The notes beneath the pieces were generated by a model. The model searched no databases. It was not told the DNA's origin and saw only the letters and a program-made list of their open reading frames with translations. Of a DNA stretch of 64,000 nucleotides, positions 55,294 to 64,000 are shown piece after piece. The DNA comes from Candidatus Omnitrophota bacterium (GTDB taxonomy: Bacteria; Omnitrophota; Gorgyraeia; Zapsychrales; Fredricksoniimonadaceae). A program made the position numbers and the translations under genes. Every line of letters starts with the position of its first letter. Position 1 is the first letter of the stretch. The stretch spans positions 2,724 through 66,723 of the forward strand of contig JAGWKL010000006.1 in assembly GCA_028865345.1 (NCBI GenBank), given 5' to 3'.

Positions 55294-56367
55294 ATGAGTA
55301 AAGTAATCGGTCTCACGTACGATCTTAAAAGCGACTGGCAGAGATCAGAGGATGATCCTATTGATGCTGCGGCCGAGCTCGACGGGAAAAAGACGGTCGA
55401 CTGCCTTCAAAAGGCGCTTGAATCAGCCGGGCACAAGGTGGTTTTGATCGGCGGAGCGCGCGCCTTGATCGACAGGATCACCAGGGATGATTTAAAGGTC
55501 GATATTGTCTTCAATATTTCCGAAGGTTTCCGCGGCCGCAACCGCGAATCCCAAGTGCCTGCCATCCTGGATCTGTACGACATCCCTTTTGTCGGCGCCG
55601 ATGCCCTGACCTTGGGGGTCACCTTGGACAAGGTGATGGCCAAGAAATGTTTTATGGCCGACGGCATCCCCACGGCGCGTTTTTTTAAGGCCACGATCGA
55701 CGAAGATCTTGAAAGCCTCAATACCATCGGCTTTCCCTTGTTCGTCAAGACCCTGCATGAAGGGACTTCGAAGGGGATCACCAAGAAATCGAGGGTGGAA
55801 AATTTAGAAGGGCTTAAGGCCCAAGTGGAGCATATCTGCCATCATTATAAACAGCCGGCGCTGGTCGAAGAATTTATCAGGGGCACGGAATTCACCGTGG
55901 GTGTCATCGGCAACGGGACGCCCAAGGCCATGCCGGTGGTGCAGTACGCGATTGACGGCAGAAAGAATTTGGGTAATGAATTTTATTCGTATCGACATGT
56001 GGCTGAAAAATCGGTAGAATACATTTGTCCCGCCCCCATTGACAAGGAGCTGGCATTGACGTTGCAGGAGCTGGCGGTGCGTGCTTATAAAGCGGTGGAT
56101 TGCCGCGATTTTGGGCGCGTGGATTTTCGCGTGGACGAGGCGGGCAATCCGTACGTGCTGGAGATCAATCCCTTGCCCAACCTTGGGCCCGACGATGTGT
56201 TCGTGCTTTTTGCCAAGGTCAAGGGGATGACGTATAACCAGATCATCAACCAAATTATGGATGAAGCCCTTGTACGTTCAGGGCTGATGCGCCCGCCGAA
56301 AAACGGCGAGGCGGCTTTGCCGCAGGCCAAAAGCCCGCGGGCAAAAGAGGAAGCCTACAGAAAATGA
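55294..56367 (+). CDS. ATP-grasp ligase, D-Ala-D-Ala-ligase-like (non-canonical)
   Basis: VFNISEG..G..RE, LDK..AK, P.FVK..EGTSKGI, VEEFI.G.EFTV, RVDFR, LEINPLP; lacks Ddl GG.S.E N-terminus. Confidence 0.85.
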   Translation: MSKVIGLTYDLKSDWQRSEDDPIDAAAELDGKKTVDCLQKALESAGHKVVLIGGARALIDRITRDDLKVDIVFNISEGFRGRNRESQVPAILDLYDIPFVGADALTLGVTLDKVMAKKCFMADGIPTARFFKATIDEDLESLNTIGFPLFVKTLHEGTSKGITKKSRVENLEGLKAQVEHICHHYKQPALVEEFIRGTEFTVGVIGNGTPKAMPVVQYAIDGRKNLGNEFYSYRHVAEKSVEYICPAPIDKELALTLQELAVRAYKAVDCRDFGRVDFRVDEAGNPYVLEINPLPNLGPDDVFVLFAKVKGMTYNQIINQIMDEALVRSGLMRPPKNGEAALPQAKSPRAKEEAYRK

Positions 56368-57554
56368 CCCCTGTGACCATGGTCAAAGAAAAGGATGAAG
56401 CGGCATCAATGTCCGCCGGGCCCAATATTCCCCTGTCGCCCCAGGAAAAGCGCGTCATCAAGCTTTTCCCCGGAGCTACGCCGGCCGATTGGGAAGATTG
56501 GCGCTGGCAGATCAGAAACCGTATCCGCACCTTTGAGCAGATTTCCAAGCTGATGAAATTGACGCCGCGTGAGGAACGCGGGGTCAAAGGGGCGGGGGAC
56601 AAGCTGACGATGTCCATACCGCCGTATTTCGCCGCCCTGATCGATGAGAAAGACACGGGATGCCCTGTCCGTCTGCAGTCGGTGCCCCAGGATTATGAAT
56701 TTGAGACCACCCCCGAAGAGATGCTGGACCCTTGCGGGGAAGAGAAGAGTTCCGAAGTGCACGGCCTGGTGCACCGTTACCCCGACCGCGTTCTTTTTCT
56801 GGTCAATGAAATGTGCGCCATGTACTGCCGTTACTGCACGCGCTCGCGCATGGTCGGCGACGGCAACCATACGCTCAACACCTCCACCTATGACGCGGCG
56901 CTGGACTATATCCGCCGGCACAAGGAGATCCGCGATGTGCTCATCTCCGGCGGCGACCCATTGACCCTGGGCGACCGCATGCTGGAATATTTGATTTCGT
57001 CCGTCAAGAAAATACCGCACGTGGAATTCGTGCGCATCGGCACCCGTATTCCGGTCACCCTTCCCCAGAGGGTGACGCCGGAGTTGATCGCCATGTTCAA
57101 GAAATATTCGCCCCTGTGGATGAGCATTCATTTCAACCATCCCATTGAGGTGACCCCGCGGGTCAGGCACGCCTGCAACATGATCGCGGATGCCGGGATC
57201 CCCATGGGCAGCCAGACCGTGCTTTTGCGCGGCGTCAATGATTCCCCCGAAGTCATGAAAAAACTTTTTCATGAGCTTTTGAAGGTCCGCGTGAGGCCGT
57301 ATTACATCTACCAGTGCGACCCCATCATCGGTTCCAAGCATTTTCGCACCTCTGTCGCCGCAGGGATCAACATCATCCAGAACCTGCGCGGCCACACCAC
57401 CGGATACGCTGTACCGACCTATGTGATCGACGGCCCCGGCGGCGGCGGGAAGATTCCGATTGGCCCGGATTATGTAGTCTCCAAAGAAAACGGCCGCTAT
57501 ACGCTGCGCAATTTCAAGGGAGAACTATATACCTACGTCGATCCGACCTACTAA
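56364..57554 (+). CDS. KamA family radical SAM/PLP 2,3-aminomutase
   Basis: HRYPDR, CAMYCRYCTR, SGGDP, SQTVLL.GVND, PYY.YQCD, GGGGKIP. Confidence 0.93.
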   Translation: MTPVTMVKEKDEAASMSAGPNIPLSPQEKRVIKLFPGATPADWEDWRWQIRNRIRTFEQISKLMKLTPREERGVKGAGDKLTMSIPPYFAALIDEKDTGCPVRLQSVPQDYEFETTPEEMLDPCGEEKSSEVHGLVHRYPDRVLFLVNEMCAMYCRYCTRSRMVGDGNHTLNTSTYDAALDYIRRHKEIRDVLISGGDPLTLGDRMLEYLISSVKKIPHVEFVRIGTRIPVTLPQRVTPELIAMFKKYSPLWMSIHFNHPIEVTPRVRHACNMIADAGIPMGSQTVLLRGVNDSPEVMKKLFHELLKVRVRPYYIYQCDPIIGSKHFRTSVAAGINIIQNLRGHTTGYAVPTYVIDGPGGGGKIPIGPDYVVSKENGRYTLRNFKGELYTYVDPTY

Positions 57555-57579
57555 AATATCGTTTATCCCCGTCTTTTTA

Positions 57580-60165
57580 GTGACAGCCGCGGTTTTTTGT
57601 TGTCCATGTCCGGCCGCCCGGGCGCAGGACGCCGTTTCCGGAGTCTCGCCGGAAAGGATGGCCGCCGTCAACGCCGCCCTGGATGAATTTGAGGCAGGGA
57701 CGAACCCCTCACCACAGCCGGCCCCGTCTTCGGCTGCGTCACAGGCCCCCTCTCAGGCTGCGGATTCGCAAGACTCGCTGCATCTTAATTCTTACAAGAT
57801 CAGCGGCGAGGTGCGCACCTCCGCCGGCATTTATTCCAACGGGCACACGGTCTTCACCAGGGCCAATGCGGATTTGAACGAGCGCAATTACCGTATTCTA
57901 TCGTCGGAAGCGCTCAACAATAATATCAACACCTACGACCCGGCCCTGTTTTCCCGCCTGCAATTCGCCGTCGATGCGTCGGTGGCGGCGTCCATCGTTT
58001 CGCTGCATTTGAACGTTTTTGTGGACCCCTGGAGTTTTACGGCCAAAAGCGGCACGCAGCTGGTCACCTCCCAGTGGGGGGACCAGGCCAAGGTGCAGTA
58101 TCTCTGGTGGGGCAATACCAATTACACCGTCAACCGCATCATCAATACCTCGCGCTACGGCGGCTCTTTCGCGCTGCCTGAACTTAAACCCAACGGCTCC
58201 ACGGTGCCTCCCGTCAGCGTCGCTTCCAGCATCCAGAACCAATACGGGCAGACGGACGTCTTCAATATCCCGGCCGAGAAATTGAACTACAGTTTTTTCC
58301 CCGTCCGGGAGGCATGGGCTGATATCAAGCCCCCCAACAGTGATTTCAAGCTTAGGATATTTCCCATGGCCTTCGAGGACCAGGCCTTGACCACCGACGA
58401 TCCTTTGAAGCTTTCCAATAACGCCGAATGGTGGGATTCCAGCCCCTGGCTCAACAGCTGGCAGCCGGGCAATCTCAACACGGGGGACAACCCCATCAAT
58501 TTCACCAAGGGATATTGGGACAACAGCCTGGCGTTCTTTACCAGGGACAGCTTCGGCCAGCGCTTGACGGCGCTGCGCGGGGTTTCGTTGAGCTGGAAAC
58601 CGGGGGATGAAACTTCCGTGGAAGGGACGGTGGCCAGCCCCAAGACCCTTTGGCAGAATTACAGTGAATTTACGACCGTCCCGGGCGCCGTCCGGCTCAA
58701 GCAGTTTATCGGCGATCTTTTTTACATCGGCGCCGTCGGCAACATGCATCAGGGCTACACCCCGGCAGGGGACCTCGATGCCGAGAATTATGTCGGGGCC
58801 GTGGACACCGGTGCCATGGCCCTCAAAAATGTCAAGTTCAATGCCGAGGTGGCCAGGTCCCAAAGCCATTATGATGAAACCACGCCGGATTATGCCACCA
58901 AATACAACGGCAATGCCTATTATGTGTCCCTGACCGCTTCTTCGAACCCCGAGAACATGCTCAAGAAGGATTATTTCGGCTTGCTCCCGCAAGAGCAGAC
59001 CGACACTTTCTTTAAAAGCACCGTTTATTTTGCCAGGATGGACCAGGGTTTCGAATCGAGCCTTTCCGATTATCACCAGACCAGGGATGACAGTTTCTGG
59101 GCCGAGGATGTGACCTTTTATCCCTCCACGTACCGCTATCTTCCGGGTGTCGCCCCTTCCCAATCCCAGTATGATCTGGAACCTTTTGCCGTCGGCACCG
59201 GCATCGACTACGGCCGTTCGGTCGCCCGCTGGGTGGGGGACGTGAACCTGCTGGACGGAAAGCTGCAGGGCACGGCCGATATCCGGCACGTTACGGACAA
59301 TTACGGCCACAACATCCAGACCGAAGGCCGGACCCTGTGGACGTACAGGCCGGTGCCCAAACTCACCACCAAGGCGCTTTTTTTGTGGGACGCCCTGCCC
59401 AAAACGTCGACATCGGACATCTACGGGGCTTCCCAGACGCTGGACCCTTTTGTCACCAGCGGCACCACCGGCGAGCCGCTGGTCGATTCAGCGGTAACGC
59501 CCGGCAAGGACCCGAGCATCAAAAGCACTTCCCTGGGCGCCCGTTATCAGCTGACCGGCTGGGCCGCCCTCAACGGCGTCTGGGAATTTACCAACGATGT
59601 CAATCTCGGCACGGATTCCTTCCCGCAGGGGGACTTAAACAGCACCTTTTTTTCCACCTATACGCAAAACGGCAGGCTCTACACGGAAGAAGTCCCCCAG
59701 CTCTACGACCAGCAGTATTTCCATCAGCCGCCGTATCCCTATTACAACATTTTCAAGGCCGGCCTTGAGATCACCCCTTCAAGGAAATGGCACATTTACA
59801 TGGATTACACCCGCAATCCCAACAAATTCGCCGGGAACATCGATGACAACATGCAGCATGCCGGCATCGAGACGAGCTATTTGCTGACGCCCAAGATCGG
59901 GTTTTTTGCGCGGTACACCTTTTCCCAGGGCTATGACATCAACCGCCTGGTCAACGACCACCAACTGGATTACCGCAACTACAACAATTTTTATTTTGAG
60001 ACCCGCATGATCCTGCCCAAGGATTTGACCATGTCCCTTCAATACGGGGTCGGCCCTGCTTTTAACGTGCTGACCTCCGCGACCGACCCGGCCCTGGCCT
60101 ATTACAGCACCACCGTGCTTGAGACCCAGCACATTGTCCGGATCGTCTTTGATAAAAAATTTTAG
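57580..60165 (+). CDS. Large probable outer-membrane beta-barrel protein (start possibly further upstream)
   Basis: ARA|Q signal cleavage; Y/W/N/D/S-rich beta strands; terminal VRIVFDKKF. Confidence 0.7.
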   Translation: MTAAVFCCPCPAARAQDAVSGVSPERMAAVNAALDEFEAGTNPSPQPAPSSAASQAPSQAADSQDSLHLNSYKISGEVRTSAGIYSNGHTVFTRANADLNERNYRILSSEALNNNINTYDPALFSRLQFAVDASVAASIVSLHLNVFVDPWSFTAKSGTQLVTSQWGDQAKVQYLWWGNTNYTVNRIINTSRYGGSFALPELKPNGSTVPPVSVASSIQNQYGQTDVFNIPAEKLNYSFFPVREAWADIKPPNSDFKLRIFPMAFEDQALTTDDPLKLSNNAEWWDSSPWLNSWQPGNLNTGDNPINFTKGYWDNSLAFFTRDSFGQRLTALRGVSLSWKPGDETSVEGTVASPKTLWQNYSEFTTVPGAVRLKQFIGDLFYIGAVGNMHQGYTPAGDLDAENYVGAVDTGAMALKNVKFNAEVARSQSHYDETTPDYATKYNGNAYYVSLTASSNPENMLKKDYFGLLPQEQTDTFFKSTVYFARMDQGFESSLSDYHQTRDDSFWAEDVTFYPSTYRYLPGVAPSQSQYDLEPFAVGTGIDYGRSVARWVGDVNLLDGKLQGTADIRHVTDNYGHNIQTEGRTLWTYRPVPKLTTKALFLWDALPKTSTSDIYGASQTLDPFVTSGTTGEPLVDSAVTPGKDPSIKSTSLGARYQLTGWAALNGVWEFTNDVNLGTDSFPQGDLNSTFFSTYTQNGRLYTEEVPQLYDQQYFHQPPYPYYNIFKAGLEITPSRKWHIYMDYTRNPNKFAGNIDDNMQHAGIETSYLLTPKIGFFARYTFSQGYDINRLVNDHQLDYRNYNNFYFETRMILPKDLTMSLQYGVGPAFNVLTSATDPALAYYSTTVLETQHIVRIVFDKKF

Positions 60166-60239
60166 TGACAATCACCTCAAATATACTATAATACACCCTT
60201 CGTTAATCAATTTAAAACCCCTTAAGGAGCCGTGAGTTA

Positions 60240-60395
60240 ATGCTGGAAGTCAAGGTCAATGACAAGAACAGTTTCGAAAAGGCGATGCGCTTGTTCAAAA
60301 AGCAGTGCCAAAAAGACGGATTTTTAGTCGAGCTCAAAGAGCGCCGCTTTTACAGCAAACCTTCCGAACGCAAGCGTAAAAAAGGCAAGAGATAA
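60240..60395 (+). CDS. rpsU: 30S ribosomal protein bS21 (51 aa, absent from ORF track)
   Basis: AAGGAG RBS; FEKAMRLFKKQCQKDG...ELKERRFYSKPSERKR. Confidence 0.93.
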   Translation: MLEVKVNDKNSFEKAMRLFKKQCQKDGFLVELKERRFYSKPSERKRKKGKR

Positions 60396-60428
60396 GCCGA
60401 AGGCACCTTATTTAATTCCCCGTTTCCC

Positions 60429-61988
60429 ATGATCAAGGTCAAACGCGCCCTCATTTCCGTTTCCGATAAAACCGGCCTGGTGGAGTTCGCCAGGGGTTTG
60501 CAGAAACTGGGCATCGAGATCATTTCCACCGGCGGCACCGCCGTGCTTTTGCGCTCCTCCAACATTGATGTCCGGGAAGTCGGCGAGTACACCGGTTTTC
60601 CGGAAATGCTCGACGGCCGGGTCAAGACCCTCCATCCCAAGATCCACGCAGGCCTCCTGGCGCTGCGCGATAATCCCGAACACATGAAACAAATCGCCGC
60701 CCACGGCATCGGCCTTATCGACATGGTGGTCGTCAACCTTTATCCTTTTGAGAAGGCCATCCAGAAAAAAAATATATCCTTGGAAGAGGCCATCGAAAAC
60801 ATCGATATCGGCGGACCTTCCATGCTGCGTTCCGCGGCCAAGAATTATAAAAGCGTGGCCGTCATCTGTAATGCCGGACGCTACGCGGAAATATTGAACG
60901 AGTTGAACAACAACAGCGGGATCTTGTCGGACAAGGTGCTCTCCGGCCTGGCCATCGAGGTCTTTGAGCTAACCCGCCGCTACGATGCTTCCATCCATGA
61001 ATTCTTAAGGAACCGTTTTAAGACGGACAATTCCTTTTCTTCCTTTCCCAAGGAATTTTCTTTTTCTTTCAATAAAGTGCAGGACCTGCGTTACGGCGAG
61101 AACCCGCACCAGGCCGCGGCTTTTTATAAGGACGGCGCAACGCCCCAGGGACTGGCAGGCTTGAAGCAGTTGCAGGGCAAGGAGCTTTCTTTCAACAACA
61201 TCCTTGATCTCAATGCCGCGGTCGACATCATCCGTGAATTCGACCTGCCTGCGGCGGTCATCATCAAACATAACAACCCCTGCGGCGTGGCCCAGGACAA
61301 AAGCATCGATAAAGCTTATACGAAAGCGTATAAGTGCGATTCGCTTTCCGCCTTCGGCAGCATTATCGGCTTTAACCGCACCGTTGATGCCGCTGCCGCG
61401 GCGGCGGTCATTAAAAGCGGTTTTGTGGAATGCATCGTCGCCCCTGACTTTACCAATGATGCCAGGGCCCTGTTTGCCCCCAAGAAAAACCTGCGCCTGC
61501 TGGTGCTGGACATTCCCGGCGTCCGTGACGAGCGGTATGATTTCAAGAAAGTCTCCGGCGGGCTTTTGCTCCAGGAGAAGGACACCCGTACCTTGAACCC
61601 CGCGGAATTAAAAATCGTAAGCCGGGTCAAGCCCACCCAATTGCAGATGGACGCCATGGTCTTCGGCTGGAAATTGATCAAGCATGTCAAAAGCAATGCC
61701 ATCGCTTTAGTCAAAGGGACGCAAACCGTGGGCATAGGCTGCGGCCAGACCAGCCGGGTCGACGCCGCGATCCATGCCATCCGCCGGGCAGGTAAGGCCG
61801 CCCGCGGCAGCGTGCTTATCTCCGATGCATTTTTGCCCATGCCGGATACCGTCACCATCGCCGCGAAGAGCGGGATCAAGGCCATTATCCAGACCGGCGG
61901 TTCCATCATGGACGAAACCGTGATCAAAGAGGCCGACAAAAAGAAGATCGCCATGGTGATGACCGGCGTCAGGCACTTTAAGCATTGA
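60429..61988 (+). CDS. purH: AICAR transformylase/IMP cyclohydrolase
   Basis: ALISVSDK, GRVKTLHP, IDIGGP, LRYGENPHQ, KHNNPCG, TGVRHFKH. Confidence 0.97.
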   Translation: MIKVKRALISVSDKTGLVEFARGLQKLGIEIISTGGTAVLLRSSNIDVREVGEYTGFPEMLDGRVKTLHPKIHAGLLALRDNPEHMKQIAAHGIGLIDMVVVNLYPFEKAIQKKNISLEEAIENIDIGGPSMLRSAAKNYKSVAVICNAGRYAEILNELNNNSGILSDKVLSGLAIEVFELTRRYDASIHEFLRNRFKTDNSFSSFPKEFSFSFNKVQDLRYGENPHQAAAFYKDGATPQGLAGLKQLQGKELSFNNILDLNAAVDIIREFDLPAAVIIKHNNPCGVAQDKSIDKAYTKAYKCDSLSAFGSIIGFNRTVDAAAAAAVIKSGFVECIVAPDFTNDARALFAPKKNLRLLVLDIPGVRDERYDFKKVSGGLLLQEKDTRTLNPAELKIVSRVKPTQLQMDAMVFGWKLIKHVKSNAIALVKGTQTVGIGCGQTSRVDAAIHAIRRAGKAARGSVLISDAFLPMPDTVTIAAKSGIKAIIQTGGSIMDETVIKEADKKKIAMVMTGVRHFKH

Positions 61989-63265
61989 ACCCTCACGAGT
62001 ACCTCAACTCTTTTACCAATTTTGAACCCCAGCTTCATAATGTGCGCCCGGAGGATTTTGACCTTCAGCGCATCCAGAAATTTCTGGACCTGGCGGGTCT
62101 TGGGACCAAGGGCCTGAAAATCATCCATGTCGCGGGCACTAAAGGCAAGGGTTCGACCTGCGCGTTTTTGGCGGGTATTCTGCAGGAGGCGGGATATAAA
62201 ACGGGGTTATATACTTCGCCTCATTTGCACCGGGTCAATGAGCGCATCCGTATTTTAAGCGCCGGCAACCTTAAGGACAAAGATCCTTTCAGCGGGGCCA
62301 TTTCCGACGATGAACTTGGCCGGATATTGAATTTCCTGAGGCCGTCCGCCGCCGCCATCCGCAATGCGGGGCATGTCCTGACCTATTTTGAAGTCCTGAC
62401 CGTGGCGGCCGTGTGTTATTTTATACGCTGCCGGGCGGATGTGGCGGTTTTGGAAACCGGCCTGGGCGGGCGGCTGGATGCCACCAACGCCCTGGATTCG
62501 GCCGTTGCGGTGATCACGCCGGTGAGCTTGGACCATACGCATATTTTGGGGGAACGTTTAAGCAAAATAGCGGCGGAAAAGGCGGGCATTATCAAGAATT
62601 CTTTCCAGAAAGTGGTGGTTGCGCCCCAGGACTCCGACGCCATGGACGTCATTTTGGCCCGTTGCCGCGAGTTTGGGATCAGTCCTGTCATGGTTGTGCC
62701 TGAGAAATATGAAAATTTGAAGATCGCCCTTAAGGGCAGGCACCAGATCATGAACGCCGCCACGGCCCTCGAAGCCGTATTGATTTTAAGGACCCTGGGC
62801 CTTAAAATCAGCGATGCGGCGGTGGACAAAGGGTTAAAAAACGTGAGATGGCCGGGGCGTTTCGAGCTTTTGAGAAAAGAGCCGGACGTGATCGTCGATT
62901 GCGCCCATAATGAGGCTTCGGCGCGTGCCCTTTCCGAGACCTTGCGCCGGGAGTATCCCGGGCGACGGGTGGTCCTGGTCCTGGGGATTTCACGGGACAA
63001 GGACGTCGGCTCCATTTGCAATTCTTTAAAAGACAGTGCGGCGCAGTTCATATTGACCAGGGCCGGCCATCCCCGTGCATACTCTTTTAAGGATGCGGAA
63101 TGCCGGAAATATTTCGGTGATAAACCTTTTGAGATCACTGAAGATTTGCCCCGAGCTTTGCAAAAAGCTCTGAAGGCAGCGGGTCCCCAGGACGTGATCG
63201 CGGTGACAGGATCGGTGTTTGCGGTCGCCGAGGCCAGGACGGAGATTGAACATGTATCAGTATAA
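61985..63265 (+). CDS. folC: Dihydrofolate/folylpolyglutamate synthase
   Basis: HVAGTKGKGST, YTSPHL, ETGLGGRLDATN, WPGRFE, DCAHN. Confidence 0.95.
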   Translation: MNPHEYLNSFTNFEPQLHNVRPEDFDLQRIQKFLDLAGLGTKGLKIIHVAGTKGKGSTCAFLAGILQEAGYKTGLYTSPHLHRVNERIRILSAGNLKDKDPFSGAISDDELGRILNFLRPSAAAIRNAGHVLTYFEVLTVAAVCYFIRCRADVAVLETGLGGRLDATNALDSAVAVITPVSLDHTHILGERLSKIAAEKAGIIKNSFQKVVVAPQDSDAMDVILARCREFGISPVMVVPEKYENLKIALKGRHQIMNAATALEAVLILRTLGLKISDAAVDKGLKNVRWPGRFELLRKEPDVIVDCAHNEASARALSETLRREYPGRRVVLVLGISRDKDVGSICNSLKDSAAQFILTRAGHPRAYSFKDAECRKYFGDKPFEITEDLPRALQKALKAAGPQDVIAVTGSVFAVAEARTEIEHVSV

Positions 63266-64000
63266 AGGCATGGAAGACACGATCGCCGCCATTGCCACCC
63301 CTGCCGGGCAGGGGGCCATCGGCATTATACGCATCAGCGGCAGGGATGCGATTGCCGTCGCGGACAGGGTCCTGCGTCTTGACGGGAACAAGACCCTGCA
63401 ACAGTGTCCCACCCATACCGTGCACCACGGTTGGGCCGTAAAGTCCCAAGACATTTTGGATGAAGTTTTGGTCACGGTGATGCGGGCCCCTAAAAGTTAT
63501 ACGGCCGAAAATGTGGTTGAGATCTGCTGCCACGGCGGCCTGACCGTCCTGCGTACGGCGCTGCAGGAGGTGTTGAATGCAGGGGCGAGATTGGCCGCGC
63601 CGGGAGAATTCACCAAAAGGGCGTTCCTTAACGGCCGCATGGACCTTGCCCAGGCCGAGGCGGTGATCGATGTCATCAATGCCAGGACGCGAGCCTCCCT
63701 GCGCCAAAGCCATTACCAATTAAAAGGGGAGTTGTCGTCCAGGCTTAAATCCATCCGGGAAGAATTGATGAAGCTTTATACCATGGTCGAGGCAATGATT
63801 AACTTTCCCGAAGATGCCGTTGAAGCCGAGAGCCGGCAGCAAATATCAGGCCGCCTGAAAGACCGGGAGGATGAGCTGATTGCGCTTTTGCGAGGGGCCC
63901 AAACAGGGCGCCTTTTGAAGGAAGGCATGCGCATTGTCTTGTGCGGCAAGCCCAATGTGGGCAAATCTTCCCTGCTTAATGCGCTGCTCAAAGAACAGCG
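63252..64000 (+). CDS. mnmE: tRNA modification GTPase MnmE (partial, runs off the window)
   Basis: DTIAAIATP.G.GAIGIIRISG, PKSYT.E, CHGG, PGEFTKRAFLNG, GKPNVGKSSLLN. Confidence 0.95.
   Translation, partial: MYQYKGMEDTIAAIATPAGQGAIGIIRISGRDAIAVADRVLRLDGNKTLQQCPTHTVHHGWAVKSQDILDEVLVTVMRAPKSYTAENVVEICCHGGLTVLRTALQEVLNAGARLAAPGEFTKRAFLNGRMDLAQAEAVIDVINARTRASLRQSHYQLKGELSSRLKSIREELMKLYTMVEAMINFPEDAVEAESRQQISGRLKDREDELIALLRGAQTGRLLKEGMRIVLCGKPNVGKSSLLNALLKEQ

Noticed and set aside
1-64000. Many long antisense or alternate-frame ORFs in the track (e.g. 5709-6641, 41140-42300, 44313-45446, 57898-59310)
   Set aside because: They shadow well-supported genes in GC-rich coding DNA and carry no family motifs
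1-64000. CRISPR array, rRNA, transposase, integrase or prophage genes
   Set aside because: No regularly spaced repeats or matching protein motifs seen

Overview
Bacterial chromosomal window, densely coding and mostly + strand. Gene style suggests a diderm PVC-like lineage such as Ca. Omnitrophota (inference, not verified). The first ~7 kb is accessory and partly AT-richer: RelE-type toxin-antitoxin, a tandem Zn-finger/HNH-like protein, BaiN-like flavoprotein, membrane diguanylate cyclase, PEP-CTERM protein, small OM barrel and FMN glutamate-synthase-like protein. The rest is largely core metabolism: accA, rlmN, tRNA-Ala(GGC), tRNA-Leu(CAA), an iscS-birA-bioF-bioH-bioC-bioD-bioA-mnmA operon behind a BirA-type operator but with no bioB, pgi, tatAC, hemW, purB-purC-purL-LOG-purQ-purM-purD, a tsaC-phosphatase fusion, rpiB, glyA, nrdR, era, nth, a type IV pilin, an ATP-grasp/KamA pair, rpsU, purH, folC and partial mnmE. 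Most notable: (1) a ~160-nt branched structured repeat in two copies with compensatory base changes, plus a possibly related third element; (2) a cysteine desulfurase apparently under BirA control in a bioB-less biotin operon; (3) a 14-codon Lys-rich microprotein gene with its own promoter, RBS and terminator; (4) a Ddl-like ligase coupled to a 2,3-aminomutase; (5) a candidate ~90-nt sRNA. No CRISPR array, rRNA, integrase or transposase was seen. All calls come from reading motifs by eye; no database search was run.
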